A DNA stretch of 64,000 nucleotides. Origin: Chrysomallon squamiferum (lineage: Eukaryota; Animalia; Mollusca). Shown here piece by piece: positions 43,523-58,220 of this stretch. Below the pieces are notes generated by a model, which worked only from the letters and a program-made list of their open reading frames with translations, searched no databases and was not told the origin of the DNA. Where the stretch lies: contig CM022675.1 of assembly GCA_012295275.1 (NCBI GenBank), positions 14,384,001 through 14,448,000 of the forward strand, given 5' to 3'. Every line of letters starts with the position of its first letter. The first letter of the stretch is position 1. The translations under genes were made by a program, and so were the position numbers.

Positions 43523-44619
43523 ACAGTTTCTGTACTCACTTATATTGTACCGTTACACACAGTTTCTGTAATCATTTATAATGTACGGTTACACACAGTT
43601 TCTGTACTCACTTATACTGGTAGATGTACGGTAACACAGTTTCTGTACTCACTTATACTGTACGGTTAACACAGTTTCTGTACTCACTTATACTGTAGAT
43701 GTAACACACAGTTTCTGTACTCACTTATACTGTACGGTTACACAGTTTCTGTACTCACTTATACTGGTAGATGTACGGTTACATACAGTTTCTGTACTCA
43801 CTTATACTGTACGGTAACACAGTTTCTGTAATCACTTATACTGGTAGATGTACGGTTACACACAGTTTCTGTACTCACTTATACTGGTAGATGTACGGTT
43901 ACACACAGTTTCTGGACTCACTTATACTGTACGGTAACACACAGTTTCTGTACTCACTTATACTGGCAGAAGTAAAACACACAGTTTCTGTACTCACTTA
44001 TACTGGTAGATGTACGGTAACACACAGTTTCTGTACTCACTTATACTGTACGGTAACACAGTTTCTGTACTCACTTATACTGGTAGATGTACGGTTACAC
44101 ACAGTTTCTGTACTCACTTATACTGGTAGATGTACGGTTACACACAGTTTCTGGACTCACTTATACTGTACGGTAACACACAGTTTCTGTAATCACTTAT
44201 ACTAGTAGATGTACACAGTTTCTGTACTCACAGATTTTCTGTTACACAGTTTCTGTACTCACTTATACTGGGTTACACACACAGTTTCTGTAACTCAATT
44301 TACTGGTAGATGTACGGTTACTTTCTGTAATCACTTTCTGTAATGGTATACTGGTACGGTAACACACAGTTTCTGTACTCACTTATACTGTACGGTAACA
44401 CACAGTTTCTGAACTCACTTATACTGTACGGTTACACACAGTTTCTGTACTCACTTATACTGGTAGATGTACGGTTACACACAATTTCTGGACTCACTTA
44501 TACTGGTAGATGTACGGTTACACACAATTTCTGTACTCACTTATACTGTACGGTTACACACAGTATCTGTACTTATTTATACTGGAAGAAGTACGGTTAC
44601 ACACAGTTTCTGTACTCAC
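43523..44619 (-). repeat. Minisatellite array block 1 (orientation A)
   Basis: Unit reads CAGTTTCTGTACTCACTTATACTG[GTAGATG]TACGGTWACA[CA], the reverse complement of the central block unit. Confidence 0.95.
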
Positions 44620-47600
44620 AGTATAAGTGAGTACAGAAACTGTGTTTTACCGTACTTCTACCAGTATAAGTGAGTTACAGGAACAGTTTGTGTATCGTAC
44701 AGTATAAATTGAGTACAGAAATTGTGTGTTACCGTACAGTTTCTACCAGTATAAGGTGAGTACAGAACTTTCTGTGTTACCGTACAGCATAAGTGAGTAC
44801 AGAAACTGTGTGTTACCGTACTTCTACCAGTATAAGTGAGTACAGGAACTGTGTGTTACCGTACAGTATAAGTGAGTACAGAAACTGTGTTACCGTACTT
44901 CTACCAGTATGAAGTGAGTTTCAGAAACTTCTGTTACCATTACAGTATAAGTGAGTACAGAAACTGTGTTACCGTACTCTACCAGTATACTGGTGAGCAG
45001 ATGTACAGAAACTGTGTTACCGTACTCTACCAGTATAAGCGAGTACAGAAACTGTGTTACCGTACTTCTACCAGTATAAGTGAGTACAGAAACTGTGTTA
45101 CCGTACAGTATAAGTGAGTACAGAAATTGTGTTACCGTACTTCTACCAGTAAAAGTGAGTACAGAAACTGTGTGTTACTGTACAGTATAAGTGGTTGCAG
45201 AAACACAATTACCGTACTTCTACCAGTATAAGTGAGTACAGAAACTGTGTTTACCGTAATTCTACCAGTATAAGTGAGTTGCACAAACTGTGTTACCGTA
45301 CAGTATAAGTGGATACAGAAACTGTGTGTAACCGTACTTCTACCAGTATAAGTGAGTACAGGAACTGTGTGTTACCGTACAGTATAAGTGAGTACAGAAA
45401 CTGTGTTACCGTACTTCTACCAGTATAAGTGAGTACAGGAACTGTGTGTTACCGTACAGTATAAGTGAGTACAGAAACTGTGTTACCGTACTTCTACCAG
45501 TATAAGTGAGTACAGAAACTGTGTTACCGTACAGTATAAGTGAGTACAGAAACTGTGTTACCGTACTTCTACCAGTATAAGTGAGTACAGAAACTGTGTT
45601 ACCGTACTTCTACCAGTATAAGCGAGTACAGAAACTGTGCTACCGTACTTCTACCAGTATAAGTGAGTACAGAAACTGTGTTACCGTACAGTATAAGTGA
45701 GTACAGAAATTGTGTTACCGTACTTCTACCAGTAAAAGTGAGTACAGAAACTGTGTGTTACTGTACAGTATAAGTGAGTACAGAAACTGTGTGTTACCGT
45801 ACTTCTACCAGAATAAGTGAGTACAGAAACTGTGTGTTACCGTACTTCTACCAGTATAAGTGAGTACAGAAACTGTGTTACCGTACAGTATAAGTGGATA
45901 CAGAAACTGTGTGTAACCGTACTTCTACCAGTATAAGTGAGTACAGAAATTGTGTGTTACCGTACAGTATAAGTGAGTACAGAAACTGTGTGTTACCGTA
46001 CATCTACCAGTATAAGTGAGTACGGAAACTGTGTGTTACCGTACTTATACCAGTAAAAGTGGTTACAGAAACTGTGTGTAACCGTATAGTATAAGTTAGT
46101 ACAGGAATTGTGTGTTACCGTACAGTATAAGTGAATACAGAAAATGTGTTAACGTCCAGTATAAGTGAGTATAGAAGATGTGTGTTACCGTACAGTATAA
46201 GTGAGTTCAGAAATTGTGTGTTACCGTACAGTTTAAGTGAGTACAGAAACTGTGTTACCGTACAGTATAAGAGAGTACAGAAACTGTGTGTTACCGTACA
46301 GTACAAGTGAGTACAGAAACTGTGTGTTACCGTACATCTACCAGTATAAGTGAGTACAGAAACTGTGTGCAACCATACAGTATAAGTGAGTACAGAAACT
46401 GTGTGCAACCATACAGTATAAGTGAGTACAGAAACTGTGTGTAACCGTACAGTATAAGTGAATACAGAAACTGTGTGTTACCGTACAGTATAAGTGAGTA
46501 CAGAAACTGTGTGTAACCGTACAGTATAAGTGAGTACAGAAACTGTGTGTTACCGTACAGTATAACTGAATACAGAAACTGTGTGTTACCGTACAGTATA
46601 AGTGAGTACAGAAACTGTGTGTAACCGTACTTCTACCAGTATAAGTGAGTACAGAAACTGTGTGTTACCGTACATCTACCAGTATAAGTGAGTACAGAAA
46701 CTGTGTTACCTTACATCTACCAGTATAAGTGAGTACAGAAACTGTGTGTTACCGTACAGTATAAGTGAGTACAGAAACTGTGTGTAACCGTACAGTATAA
46801 GTGAGTTACAGAAACTGTGTTACCTTACATCTACCAGTATAAGTGAGTACAGAAACTGTGTGTTACCGTACAGTATAAGTGAGTACAGAAACTGTGTGTA
46901 ACCGTACAGTATAAGTGAGTACAGAAACTGTGTTACCTTACATCTACCAGTATAAGTGAGTACAGAAACTGTGTTACCTTACATCTACCAGTATAAGTGA
47001 GTACAGAAACTGTGTGTTACCGTAGAGTATAAGTGAGTACAGAAACTGTGTGTAACCGTACAGTATAAGTGAGTACAGAAATTGTGTGTTACCGTACAGT
47101 ATAAGTGAGTACAGAAATTGTGTTACCGTACTTCTACCAGTAAAAGTGAGTACAGAAACTGTGTGTTACTGTACAGTATAAGTGAGTACAGAAACTGTGT
47201 GTTACCGTACTTCTACCAGAATAAGTGAGTACAGAAACTGTGTGTTACCGTACTTCTACCAGTATAAGTGAGTACAGAAACTGTGTTACCGTACAGTATA
47301 AGTGGATACAGAAACTGTGTGTAACCGTACTTCTACCAGTATAAGTGAGTACAGAAATTGTGTGTTACCGTACAGTATAAGTGAGTACAGAAACTGTGTG
47401 TTACCGTACATCTACCAGTATAAGTGAGTACGGAAACTGTGTGTTACCGTACTTATACCAGTAAAAGTGGTTACAGAAACTGTGTGTAACCGTATAGTAT
47501 AAGTTAGTACAGGAATTGTGTGTTACCGTACAGTATAAGTGAATACAGAAAATGTGTTAACGTCCAGTATAAGTGAGTATAGAAGATGTGTGTTACCGTA

Positions 47601-50600
47601 CAGTATAAGTGAGTTCAGAAATTGTGTGTTACCGTACAGTTTAAAGGAGTACAGAAACTGTGTTACCGTACAGTATAAGAGAGTACAGAAACTGTGTGTT
47701 ACCGTACAGTACAAAGTGAGTGAGTACAGAAACTGTGTGTTACCGTACATCTACCAGTATAAGTGAGTACAGAAACTGTGTGCAACCATACAGTATAAGT
47801 GAGTACAGAAACTGTGTGCAACCATACAGTATAAGTGAGTACAGAAACTGTGTGTAACCGTACAGTATAAGTGAATACAGAAACTGTGTGTTACCGTACA
47901 GTATAAGTGAGTACAGAAACTGTGTGTAACCGTACAGTATAAGTGAGTACAGAAACTGTGTGTTACCGTACAGTATAACTGAATACAGAAACTGTGTGTT
48001 ACCGTACAGTATAAATTGAGTACAGAAACTGTGTGTAACCGTACTTCTACCAGTATAAAGTGAGTTGCAGAAACTGTGTGTTACCGTACATCTACCAGTA
48101 TAAGTGAGTACAGAAACTGTGTTACCTTACATCTACCAGTATAAGTGAGTACAGAAACTGTGTGTTACCGTACAGTATAAGTGAGTACAGAAACTGTGTG
48201 TAACCGTACAGTATAAGTGAGTACAGAAACTGTGTTACCTTACATCTACCAGTATAAGTGAGTACAGAAACTGTGTGTTACCGTACAGTATAAGTGAGTA
48301 CAGAAACTGTGTGTAACCGTACAGTATAAGTGAGTACAGAAACTGTGTTACCTTACATCTACCAGTATAAGTGAGTACAGAAACTGTGTTACCTTACATC
48401 TACCAGTATAAGTGAGTACAGAAACTGTGTGTTACCGTAGAGTATAAGTGAGTACAGAAACTGTGTGTAACCGTACAGTATAAGTGAGTACAGAAATTGT
48501 GTGTTACCGTACAGTATAAGTGAGTACAGAAACTGTGTGTTACCGTACATCTACCAGTATAAGTGAGTACGGAAACTGTGTGTTACCGTACTTATACCAG
48601 TAAAAGTGGTTACAGAAACTGTGTGTAACCGTATAGTATAAGTTAGTACAGGAATTGTGTGTTACCGTACAGTATAAGTGAATACAGAAAATGTGTTAAC
48701 GTCCAGTATAAGTGAGTATAGAAGATGTGTGTTACCGTACAGTATAAGTGAGTTCAGAAATTGTGTGTTACCGTACAGTTTAAGTGAGTACAGAAACTGT
48801 GTTACCGTACAGTATAAGAGAGTACAGAAACTGTGTGTTACCGTACAGTACAAGTGAGTACAGAAACTGTGTGTTACCGTACATCTACCAGTATAAGTGA
48901 GTACAGAAACTGTGTGCAACCATACAGTATAAGTGAGTACAGAAACTGTGTGCAACCATACAGTATAAGTGAGTACAGAAACTGTGTGGAACCGTACAGT
49001 ATAAGTGAATACAGAAACTGTGTGTTACCGTACAGTATAAGTGAGTACAGAAACTGTGTGTAACCGTACAGTATAAGTGAGTACAGAAACTGTGTGTTAC
49101 CGTACAGTATAACTGAATACAGAAACTGTGTGTTACCGTACAGTATAAGTGAGTACAGAAACTGTGTGTAACCGTACTTCTACCAGTATAAGTGAGTACA
49201 GAAACTGTGTGTTACCGTACATCTACCAGTATAAGTGAGTACAGAAACTGTGTTACCTTACATCTACCAGTATAAGTGAGTACAGAAACTGTGTGTTACC
49301 GTACAGTATAAGTGAGTACAGAAACTGTGTGTAACCGTACAGTATAAGTGAGTACAGAAACTGTGTTACCTTACATCTACCAGTATAAGTGAGTACAGAA
49401 ACTGTGTGTTACCGTACAGTATAAGTGAGTACAGAAACTGTGTGTAACCGTACAGTATAAGTGAGTACAGAAACTGTGTTACCTTACATCTACCAGTATA
49501 AGTGAGTACAGAAACTGTGTTACCTTACATCTACCAGTATAAGTGAGTACAGAAACTGTGTGTTACCGTAGAGTATAAGTGAGTACAGAAACTGTGTGTA
49601 ACGGTACAGTATAAGTGAGTACAGAAACTGTGTTTACCGTACATCTACCAGTATAAGTGAGTACAGAAACTGTGTGTTACCGTACAGTATAAGTGAGTAC
49701 AGAAACTGTGTGTAACCGTACAGTATAAGTGAGTACAGAAACTGTGTTACCTTACATCTACCAGTATAAGTGAGTACAGAAACTGTGTGTTACCGTACAG
49801 TATAAGTGAGTACAGAAACTGTGTGTAACCGTACAGTATAAGTGAGTACAGAAACTGTGTTATCTTACATCTACCAGTATAAGTGAGTACAGAAACTGTG
49901 TGTAACCGTACAGTATAAGTGAGTACAGAAACTGTGTGTTACCGTACATCTACCAGTATAAGTGAGTACAGAAACTGTGTGTAACCGTACATCTACCAGT
50001 ATAAGTGAGTACAGAAACTGTGTTACCGTACAGTATAAGTGAGTACAGAAACTGTGTGTAACCGTACAGTATAAGTGAGTACAGAAACTGTGTTACCTTA
50101 CATCTACCAGTATAAGTGAGTACAGAAACTGTGTGTTACCGTACAGTATAAGTGAGTACAGAAACTGTGTTACCTTACATCTACCAGTATAAGTGAGTAC
50201 AGAAACTGTGTGTTACCGTACAGTATAAGTGAGTACAGAAACTGTGTGTTACCGTACATCTACCAGTATAAGTGAGTACAGAAACTGTGTGTTACCGTAC
50301 AGTATTAGTGAGTACAGAAACTGTGTGATACCGTACATATACCAGTATAAGTGAGTACAGAAACTGTGTTACCGTACATCTACCAGTATAAGTGAGTACA
50401 GAAACTGTGTGTTACCGTACATCTACCAGTATAAGTGAGTATAGAAACTGTGTGTTACCGTACATCTACCAGTATAAGTGAGTACAGAAACTGTGTGTAA
50501 CAGTACAGTATAACTGAATACAGAAACTGAGTGTTACCGTACAGTATAAGTGAGTACAGAAACTGTGTGTTACCGTACATCTACCAGTATAAGTGAGTAC

Positions 50601-51908
50601 AGAAACTGTGTGTAACCGTACATCTACCAGTATAAGTGAGTACAGAAACTGAGTGTTCCCGTACAGTATAAGTGAGTACAGAAACTGTGGAACCGTACAG
50701 TATAAGTGAGTACAGAAACTGTGTTACCGTACAGTATAAGTGAGTACAGAAACTGTGTTACCGTACATCTACCAGTATAAGTGAGTACAGAAACTGTGTT
50801 ACCGTACAGTATAAGTGAGTACAGAAACTGTGTGTTACCGTATACTATAAGAGAGTACAGAAACTGTGTGTTACCGTACATCTACCAGTATAAGTGAGTA
50901 CAGAAACTGAGTGTTACTGTACAGTATAAGTGAGTACAGAAACTGTGTTACCTTACATCTACCAGTATAAGTGAGTACAGAAACTGAGTGTTACCGTACA
51001 GTATAAGTGAGTACAGAAACTGTGTTACCGTACATCTACCAGTATAAGTGAGTACAGAAACTGAGTGTTACTGTACAGTATAAGTGAGTACAGAAACTGT
51101 GTGTTGCCGTACTACCAGTATAAGTGAGTACAGAAAATGTGTGTAACAGTACAGTATTAGTGAGTACAGAAACTGTGTGTAACCGTACATCTACCAGTAT
51201 AAGTGAGTACAGAAACTGTGTGTAACCGTACTTCTACCAGTATAAGTGAGTACAGAAACTGTGTGTAACCGTACTTCTACCAGTATAAGTGAGTACAGAA
51301 ACTGTGTTACAATACAGTATAAGTGAATGCAGAAACTGTGTGTAACCGTACATCTACCAGTATAAGTGAGTACAGAAACTGTGTGTAACCGTACAGTATA
51401 AGTGAGTACAGAAACTGTGTGTAACCGTACATCTACCAGTATAAGTGAGTACAGAAACTGTGTGTAACCGTACTTCTACCAGTATAAGTGAGTACAGAAA
51501 CTGTGAGTTACCGTACAGTATAAATGAATACAGAAACTGTGTTACCGTACATCTACCAGTATAAGTGAATACAGAAACTGTGTGTTACCGTACTTCTACC
51601 AGTATAAGTGAGTACAGAAACTGTGTTACAATACAGTATAAGTGGATACAGAAACTGTGTGTAACCGTACTTCTACCAGTATAAGTGAGTACAGAAACTG
51701 TGTGTTACCGTACATCTACCAGTATAAGTGAGTACTGAAACTCTGTTACCGTACAGTATAAGTGAGTACAGAAACTGTGTGTTACCGTACATCTACCAGT
51801 ATAAGTGATTACAGAAACTGTGTGTAACCGTACAGTATAAGTGAGTACTGAAACTGTGTGTTATCTTACAGTATAAGTGAGTACAGAATATGTGTGTTAC
51901 CGTACAGT
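44620..51908 (+). repeat. Minisatellite array block 2 (orientation B, about 7.3 kb) with higher-order repeats
   Basis: Unit CAGTATAAGTGAGTACAGAAACTGTG[TG]TWACCGTA[CWTCTAC], giving 34, 36, 41 or 43 bp. Confidence 0.97.
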
Positions 51909-53110
51909 TTCTGTACTGAAGTATACTGTACGGTTACACAGTTTCTGGACTCACTTATATTGTACGGTAACACACAGTTTCTGTACTCACTCATACTGTA
52001 TGGTAACACACAATTCCTGTACTAACTTATACTATACGGTTACACACAGTTTCTGTAACCACTTTTACTGGTATAAGTACGGTAACACACAGTTTCTGTA
52101 TCCACTTATACTGTACGGTAACACAGTTTCTGTACTCACTTATACTGGTAGATGTACAGTTACACACAGTTTCTGTACTCACTTATACTGGTAGATGTAC
52201 GGTAACACGCAGTTTCTGTACTCACTTATACTGTACGGTTACACACAGTTTCTGTACTCACTTATACTGTATGGTTGCACACAGTTTCTGTACTCACTTA
52301 TACTGTACGGTAACACACAATTTCTGTACTCAATTATACTGGTAGATGTACGGTAACACACAGTTTCTGTACTCACTTATACTGTACGGTTACACACAGT
52401 TTCTGTACTCACTTATACTGGTAGATGTACGGTTACACACAGTTTCTGTACTCACTTATACTGGTAGATGTACGGTTACACAGTTTCTGTACTCACTTAT
52501 ACTGTACGGTAACACACAGTTTCTGTACTCACTTATACTGGTAGATGTACGGTTACACACAGTTTCTGTACTCACTTATACTGTACGGTTACACACAGTT
52601 TCTGTACTCACTTATACTGGTAGATGTACGGTTACACACAGTTTCTGTACTCACTTATACTGTACGGTTACACACAGTTTCTGTACTCACTTATACTGGT
52701 AGATGTACGGTAACACACAGTTTCTGTACTCACTTATACTGTACGGTTACACACAGTTTCTGTACTCACTTATACTGTACTGTTAACACACAGTTTCTGT
52801 ACTCACTTATACTGGTAGATGTACGGTAACTCACAGTTTCTGTACTCACTTATACTGGTAGATGTACGGTTACACACAGTTTCTGTACTCACTTATACTG
52901 TACGGTAACACACAGTTTCTTTACTCACTTATACTGGTAGATGTACGGTTACACACAGTTTCTGTACTCACTTATACTGTACGGTAACACAGTTTCTGTA
53001 CTCAGTTATACTGTAGGGTTACACACAGTTGCTGTACTCACTTATACTGGTAGATGTACGGTAACAGACAGTTTCTGTATTCACTTATACTGGTAGAAGT
53101 ACGGTTACAC
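51909..53110 (-). repeat. Minisatellite array block 3 (orientation A)
   Basis: Same unit and orientation as block 1; ends abruptly at ACGGTTACAC. Confidence 0.95.
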
Positions 53111-53299
53111 CACTCGGCCATGTTCAGAAATAGAATATTTTGCGGAGAGTTTGTGACGGCCTGTAATTAATTCAGCTGCTGAAGCAGATGTTTGTCGCGA
53201 TAGTGTTAAACTGACGAGTCAACTCAACAGGAGCTGTTTGAAATCTCTACCGTTTATTGTGACAGTCAAAAATAAATGTATTTTTCTCAGGGTTTAATA

Positions 53300-53435
53300 G
53301 CTAACTACTACTACTACTAGTACTTCTATTACTACTACTACTACTACTACTACTAATACTACTACTACTAATAATACTACTACTACTACTACTAATAATA
53401 ATAATAATAACAATAATAATAATAATAACAATAAC

Positions 53436-53513
<78 letters not shown>
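53300..53513. repeat. (CTA)n/(AAT)n compound microsatellite
   Basis: Direct reading. Confidence 0.95.
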
Positions 53514-53514
<1 letters not shown>

Positions 53515-54898
53515 CCAAGAAAAGAAGGAGAACAACAACTACTACTACAACAACTTCTAGTACTACTATAGTAATCTAGATTTGACAGAATATCTAGACA
53601 GATTTTTAATCTATTGGGACAGTCAAGCAGAGTGATTAGCCTGCTGTAATCGTGTGTTATCGAGTCACTGTATTTTGTCTCTCTACCTCAGCTGTAGCTT
53701 GCTAGATGAAAACTCCGCCCTGCACCACACAAACAGTTCACTAGAAACCTCTCAGAATCTGGGCCGAGGGCGGGGCTGTTTAAACTCACAGCCGAGCTGA
53801 AAGCTTCATGTATTTCTACATTTTATTAGCCTTGTTTATTTATTTTTTTCCCCAGGGGACTGTCTAAAATAATTAAAAATTAAATAAATAAATAAATAAA
53901 TAAATCAAAAATATGAAAACAGTCAAGGATGTTGTAAACAGCAAACCCTCACTTAGCGGAATGTTTTTTATTGATATCTTTGCCTTTGGTTAGCACACTG
54001 TTCAGTACATGTAAATAACATCATGGATGTGTGAGTTTGCGTCTTGAAAAAACAAGCAATAATAATAATAATAATAATAATGATAATAAAATAATAATAA
54101 ATAATAATAATTAAAAAATAATAATAATAATAATAAAAATATTAATATTTTAAAATATTTTAAAAACAATAAACAAACAAAAATAATAAGAGAATAACAA
54201 ACAACAGAACTAAAACAAACAAAATTACAGAAAAAAAAAAAAACTAAAACAAGAAAGAAAGAAAGACAAAAAGACAAAAAGAAAAGAAAACATTTTCTGA
54301 AGGAAAAGTGAGATGAGATATTTCAGTTCTATAGTGACAGACAGAGAGAACGAAATACATATAGTATCTTTCTGTTTTGTTTTTTTATTAAATATATTAT
54401 AAATAAATATTATGAATTTTTATCTGGGTATAACCGAGTGCATTTTGACAGTTACAAAGGTGTACTTTGGGTCAATAGGTATGTTAAGGACATTCAACAT
54501 TTTAGCTTTATTTATACTGCCTGGCAAAATTATGTTAGGAAAATGTTGATGTACTACTTATACACAGTGTTTTTCTATTTCAGAATACATATAAAATTAG
54601 GATTAAAAAAAATTACTGTTTATTTACCTTTTTGTTTATTGTTGCTGCTGTGGTTGTTAGTTATTATTATCATCATCAAAATCAAATATAAAAGCACAGT
54701 TAGTAAACTAAATTTAAAAATACTAAAACAATTTTTCCATCGAGGATTGTATTAACACATCAGTTTTTCATCAATTATTAGGTGTCAAAATTTTGTTATT
54801 TCAAATGCCACATTCGAGAGAACTAATCGCTAGAAAAATAGTTAGAAGAAGGGCGTTAGTTTGTTAGTAATCCGTCAGAGAAAACTTTATTTAAATAT

Positions 54899-54941
<43 letters not shown>

Positions 54942-55079
54942 TTATTATTATTATTAATTTAAAAAAAAAAAAAAATTGGTTGTTGCTATATGATTGGTCG
55001 AACTGATGGCAAGACTAAGATGATTAGACATTTTGAAAAGTTACTTTTATTACAAAAAAATTCAAGAGGATATAATGAT

Positions 55080-55465
55080 AGTGTGTTAGAATATTACAGA
55101 GAAGACATCGTTAGTTATGTTAGAAAATTATATGTAGTTTTATAGTGTTAGGAATTAAAGGACCCTGAGTGAGAATACTAGATACTTTGTTAGTGTTTTA
55201 GAAAACTATAAAAAAATTGGTAGATTGCTAGTAAGGTTAGAAAGTTAGAGAGAAGATTTTTAGAAAATTAGAAACAATGTATTAGAGTGTTAGAAAACTA
55301 CAGAATACTGGTATACTGTTATAAGATTAGAAGATTATATATATTGTTTGTTTAAAAACTACTGAATACTGGTAGAAAGTTAGAAAATTAGAGAGAAGAC
55401 GGAATGTTGGAAGATTAGAAATAAGTGTTAGTGTGTTAGGAAATTGGATAGAATGTTAGAAAATT
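55080..55465. repeat. Degenerate tandem repeat built on TGTTAGAAAAYTA
   Basis: GTTAGAA/TTAGAAAA and AGAGAAGA motifs recur at irregular spacing. Confidence 0.6.
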
Positions 55466-55946
55466 GATTGTGCAACGGGTTTTAAACATTTCATCTCTGT
55501 ACAGCTACTAGTATCTGAATGCTTGTTAGTGTGTAACGCTGTCACGTCTCACTTTGAGAAACTAGCGTACTCTAACATGATAGGCGCTTCACAAAGACAT
55601 ATTTTTTTTCTCTCAGTCTTCTACGTGTTTCTTCTGTTGTGATTCCTGGTTTCAGCTTTTTCTTTTTCTGGTTACTCAGAGACTCACAACTCCAAACTTT
55701 ACAAAGCAGTCGCTTTTAAAACAACAACAACAAACAAACAACAAAAACAACAACATCAACAACAGCTAAATAAATATAAATAAATAAACAGATAAATAAA
55801 CGATCCAAAAAAGTTATTAAACTGAAATCAGGTAATTTGTGTTTTGAACATCTGTCAATTGAACTTTTTGGTTCATTAGGTTTTGATATTTAAACTGTGC
55901 TTATTAATACCTGCACAGTTTATATATGTGTGTGTATGTGTGAGAG

Positions 55947-55984
<38 letters not shown>

Positions 55985-57922
55985 TCTTTATACAAACACA
56001 CACGTACGCACACACACATGCAGAAGCGCATATATCGTACGTCTATGTGAGAGTGCGCGTGCGTGCGTATGTGTTTGGGTGTGTGTATATTTGTACACTG
56101 TGTTACAGCCGACCAGTCACAAAGGTACTCACATCGGGACGAGGCTTATCTTTCTGAATAAATTATCATTAAATTATCATTAAATTATATCAAACGATCC
56201 CCTTGCTCGGTTTAGGCTCATTTTTGCCGCATGTAAACAGAGGGCTGTAGGGGATACACACAGCAAATTAAATTTCCTAATTTCAAAGTGAGTATTCACA
56301 CTTGCTATTACACCTTCCTTGTCCTGAAAAGTCACCCTCAAGACATAATTTAGCCTTGTCTAGGACAGTAAATAACAAAGTGAAAAAAAAAAAAAATAAG
56401 GTAAAAAAAAAAATGAATTAAGCAATTTACATTTAAACAACATATTACAGAAACACCGCATTAATCGACTGGCCATTCGTCGTCTCGAAATGGCGTCAAG
56501 TCGACGGTGCCTGCGGCGTAATGCCAATAGAAAAACGGTGTGGGATAAAACGCGGTGTATGGCGCGAAATCGTCCCGATTGTTGCTCGTTCATTACCGCA
56601 ATGAAACAGCGATTTCCTTTTATGGACACTTCTTAACAAACTCGACCCCTGCCTTTTAATCAAAGCTTAACTGCATAAATATGAAACTGATCGTTTTGAT
56701 GAAATAATTTTCTGTGTCGATTGCCTTTTTAAACGTGTAAGCGTGGCTTAGCCTGCAGTATCGTTTGATCTCGCCTCGCAGTGAACGGCCATGTAAATAC
56801 GTGGAGAGCCTGAGGGCGAAATCTGAATCATTGTCGATGTTTACCGAAGTTAGAAATATTTAACTATTGCTGACATCCTTTGATTACTGTTTTTTGTAAC
56901 TGTTTGTTGTAAATATTTCTAGTTTTACTTATCTGATCCCACACGAAGTCGTAATGTCTATCTTGTCTTGACGGCAATCAAATGGACGTGTGACGCCATA
57001 TTACATAAAACTGTCTTTTTGTTCTTCTTCTTTCTTTCTTTTTTTTCTTATTTCTTTTGCGTTTTCCAACTGTTTGACAAATCTTGGCTCATTCCTTACC
57101 ATCGAAATTATCTGTCTAGACATAATAACAACAGCAACAAAACTCGACAGTGTGGAAATACATAAATATATTAATATTTGTCAACCGTTACCTATTAATA
57201 CAAACACACACACTAACATACGTATATACATATATACACACAAACACACACATATATATATCAAATAAATATATTTTCAAAATTTATAATTAATTAAAGT
57301 TATAAATATTTAAAAAATATATATGTATTAGATTTTTTTTCATTATTATGCCATCAAATAATAGACGTATAACATTATGTTTTCCCTTAATGTGTATAAA
57401 ATAACATTCAAAGCAGTAAATCTAATCAAATGAACAGCAGCTGGACAAATGACCAATCAAAAGAAGAAAGCGGAAAAAAAAAAAAATAAAAAAAAAAAAA
57501 ATAAATAAACACTCATAACATTAAAAAAATAAAAAATAAAAAATAAAACAAATGAAATTAAAAACTGAAGAAACAACCAGATAAACAAACAAACAAACAA
57601 GTAAACAAACAGAACAAAATATCATTTATTACAATAATTACTGAAAACGAATTCACATCGATAGAAATATTCTTTTTAGACCGAGTCTGGTTTCTACGAA
57701 TTAGTATCGAAAGTTCCTTTGTTGCTGAGACCGAAACGTATGAAACTGGATAATTTTAATTATTTTTTATCTTTTTATTTATTAACAGCCGATGATAGAA
57801 AATTTATCGTCTGATCCAAGCGAAAAAAATAATAATCAGTTTTTAAAATTGTTTCGATAGAAACATGTTGTATACATTGTTTTAATGATAATTATAGCAA
57901 AGTATACATTTGCCGATGATAT

Positions 57923-58220
<298 letters not shown>

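Noticed and set aside
43436-52829. Repetitive ORFs such as YGNTQFLYSLIL and HTVSVLTYTGR
   Set aside because: Translations of the minisatellite in several frames and both strands, with frequent stops and frameshifting unit lengths.
43523-53110. CRISPR-like array (constant 24-bp core alternating with a variable part)
   Set aside because: The variable parts are a few recurring variants of one sequence rather than unique spacers, there are no cas genes, and the context is eukaryotic.
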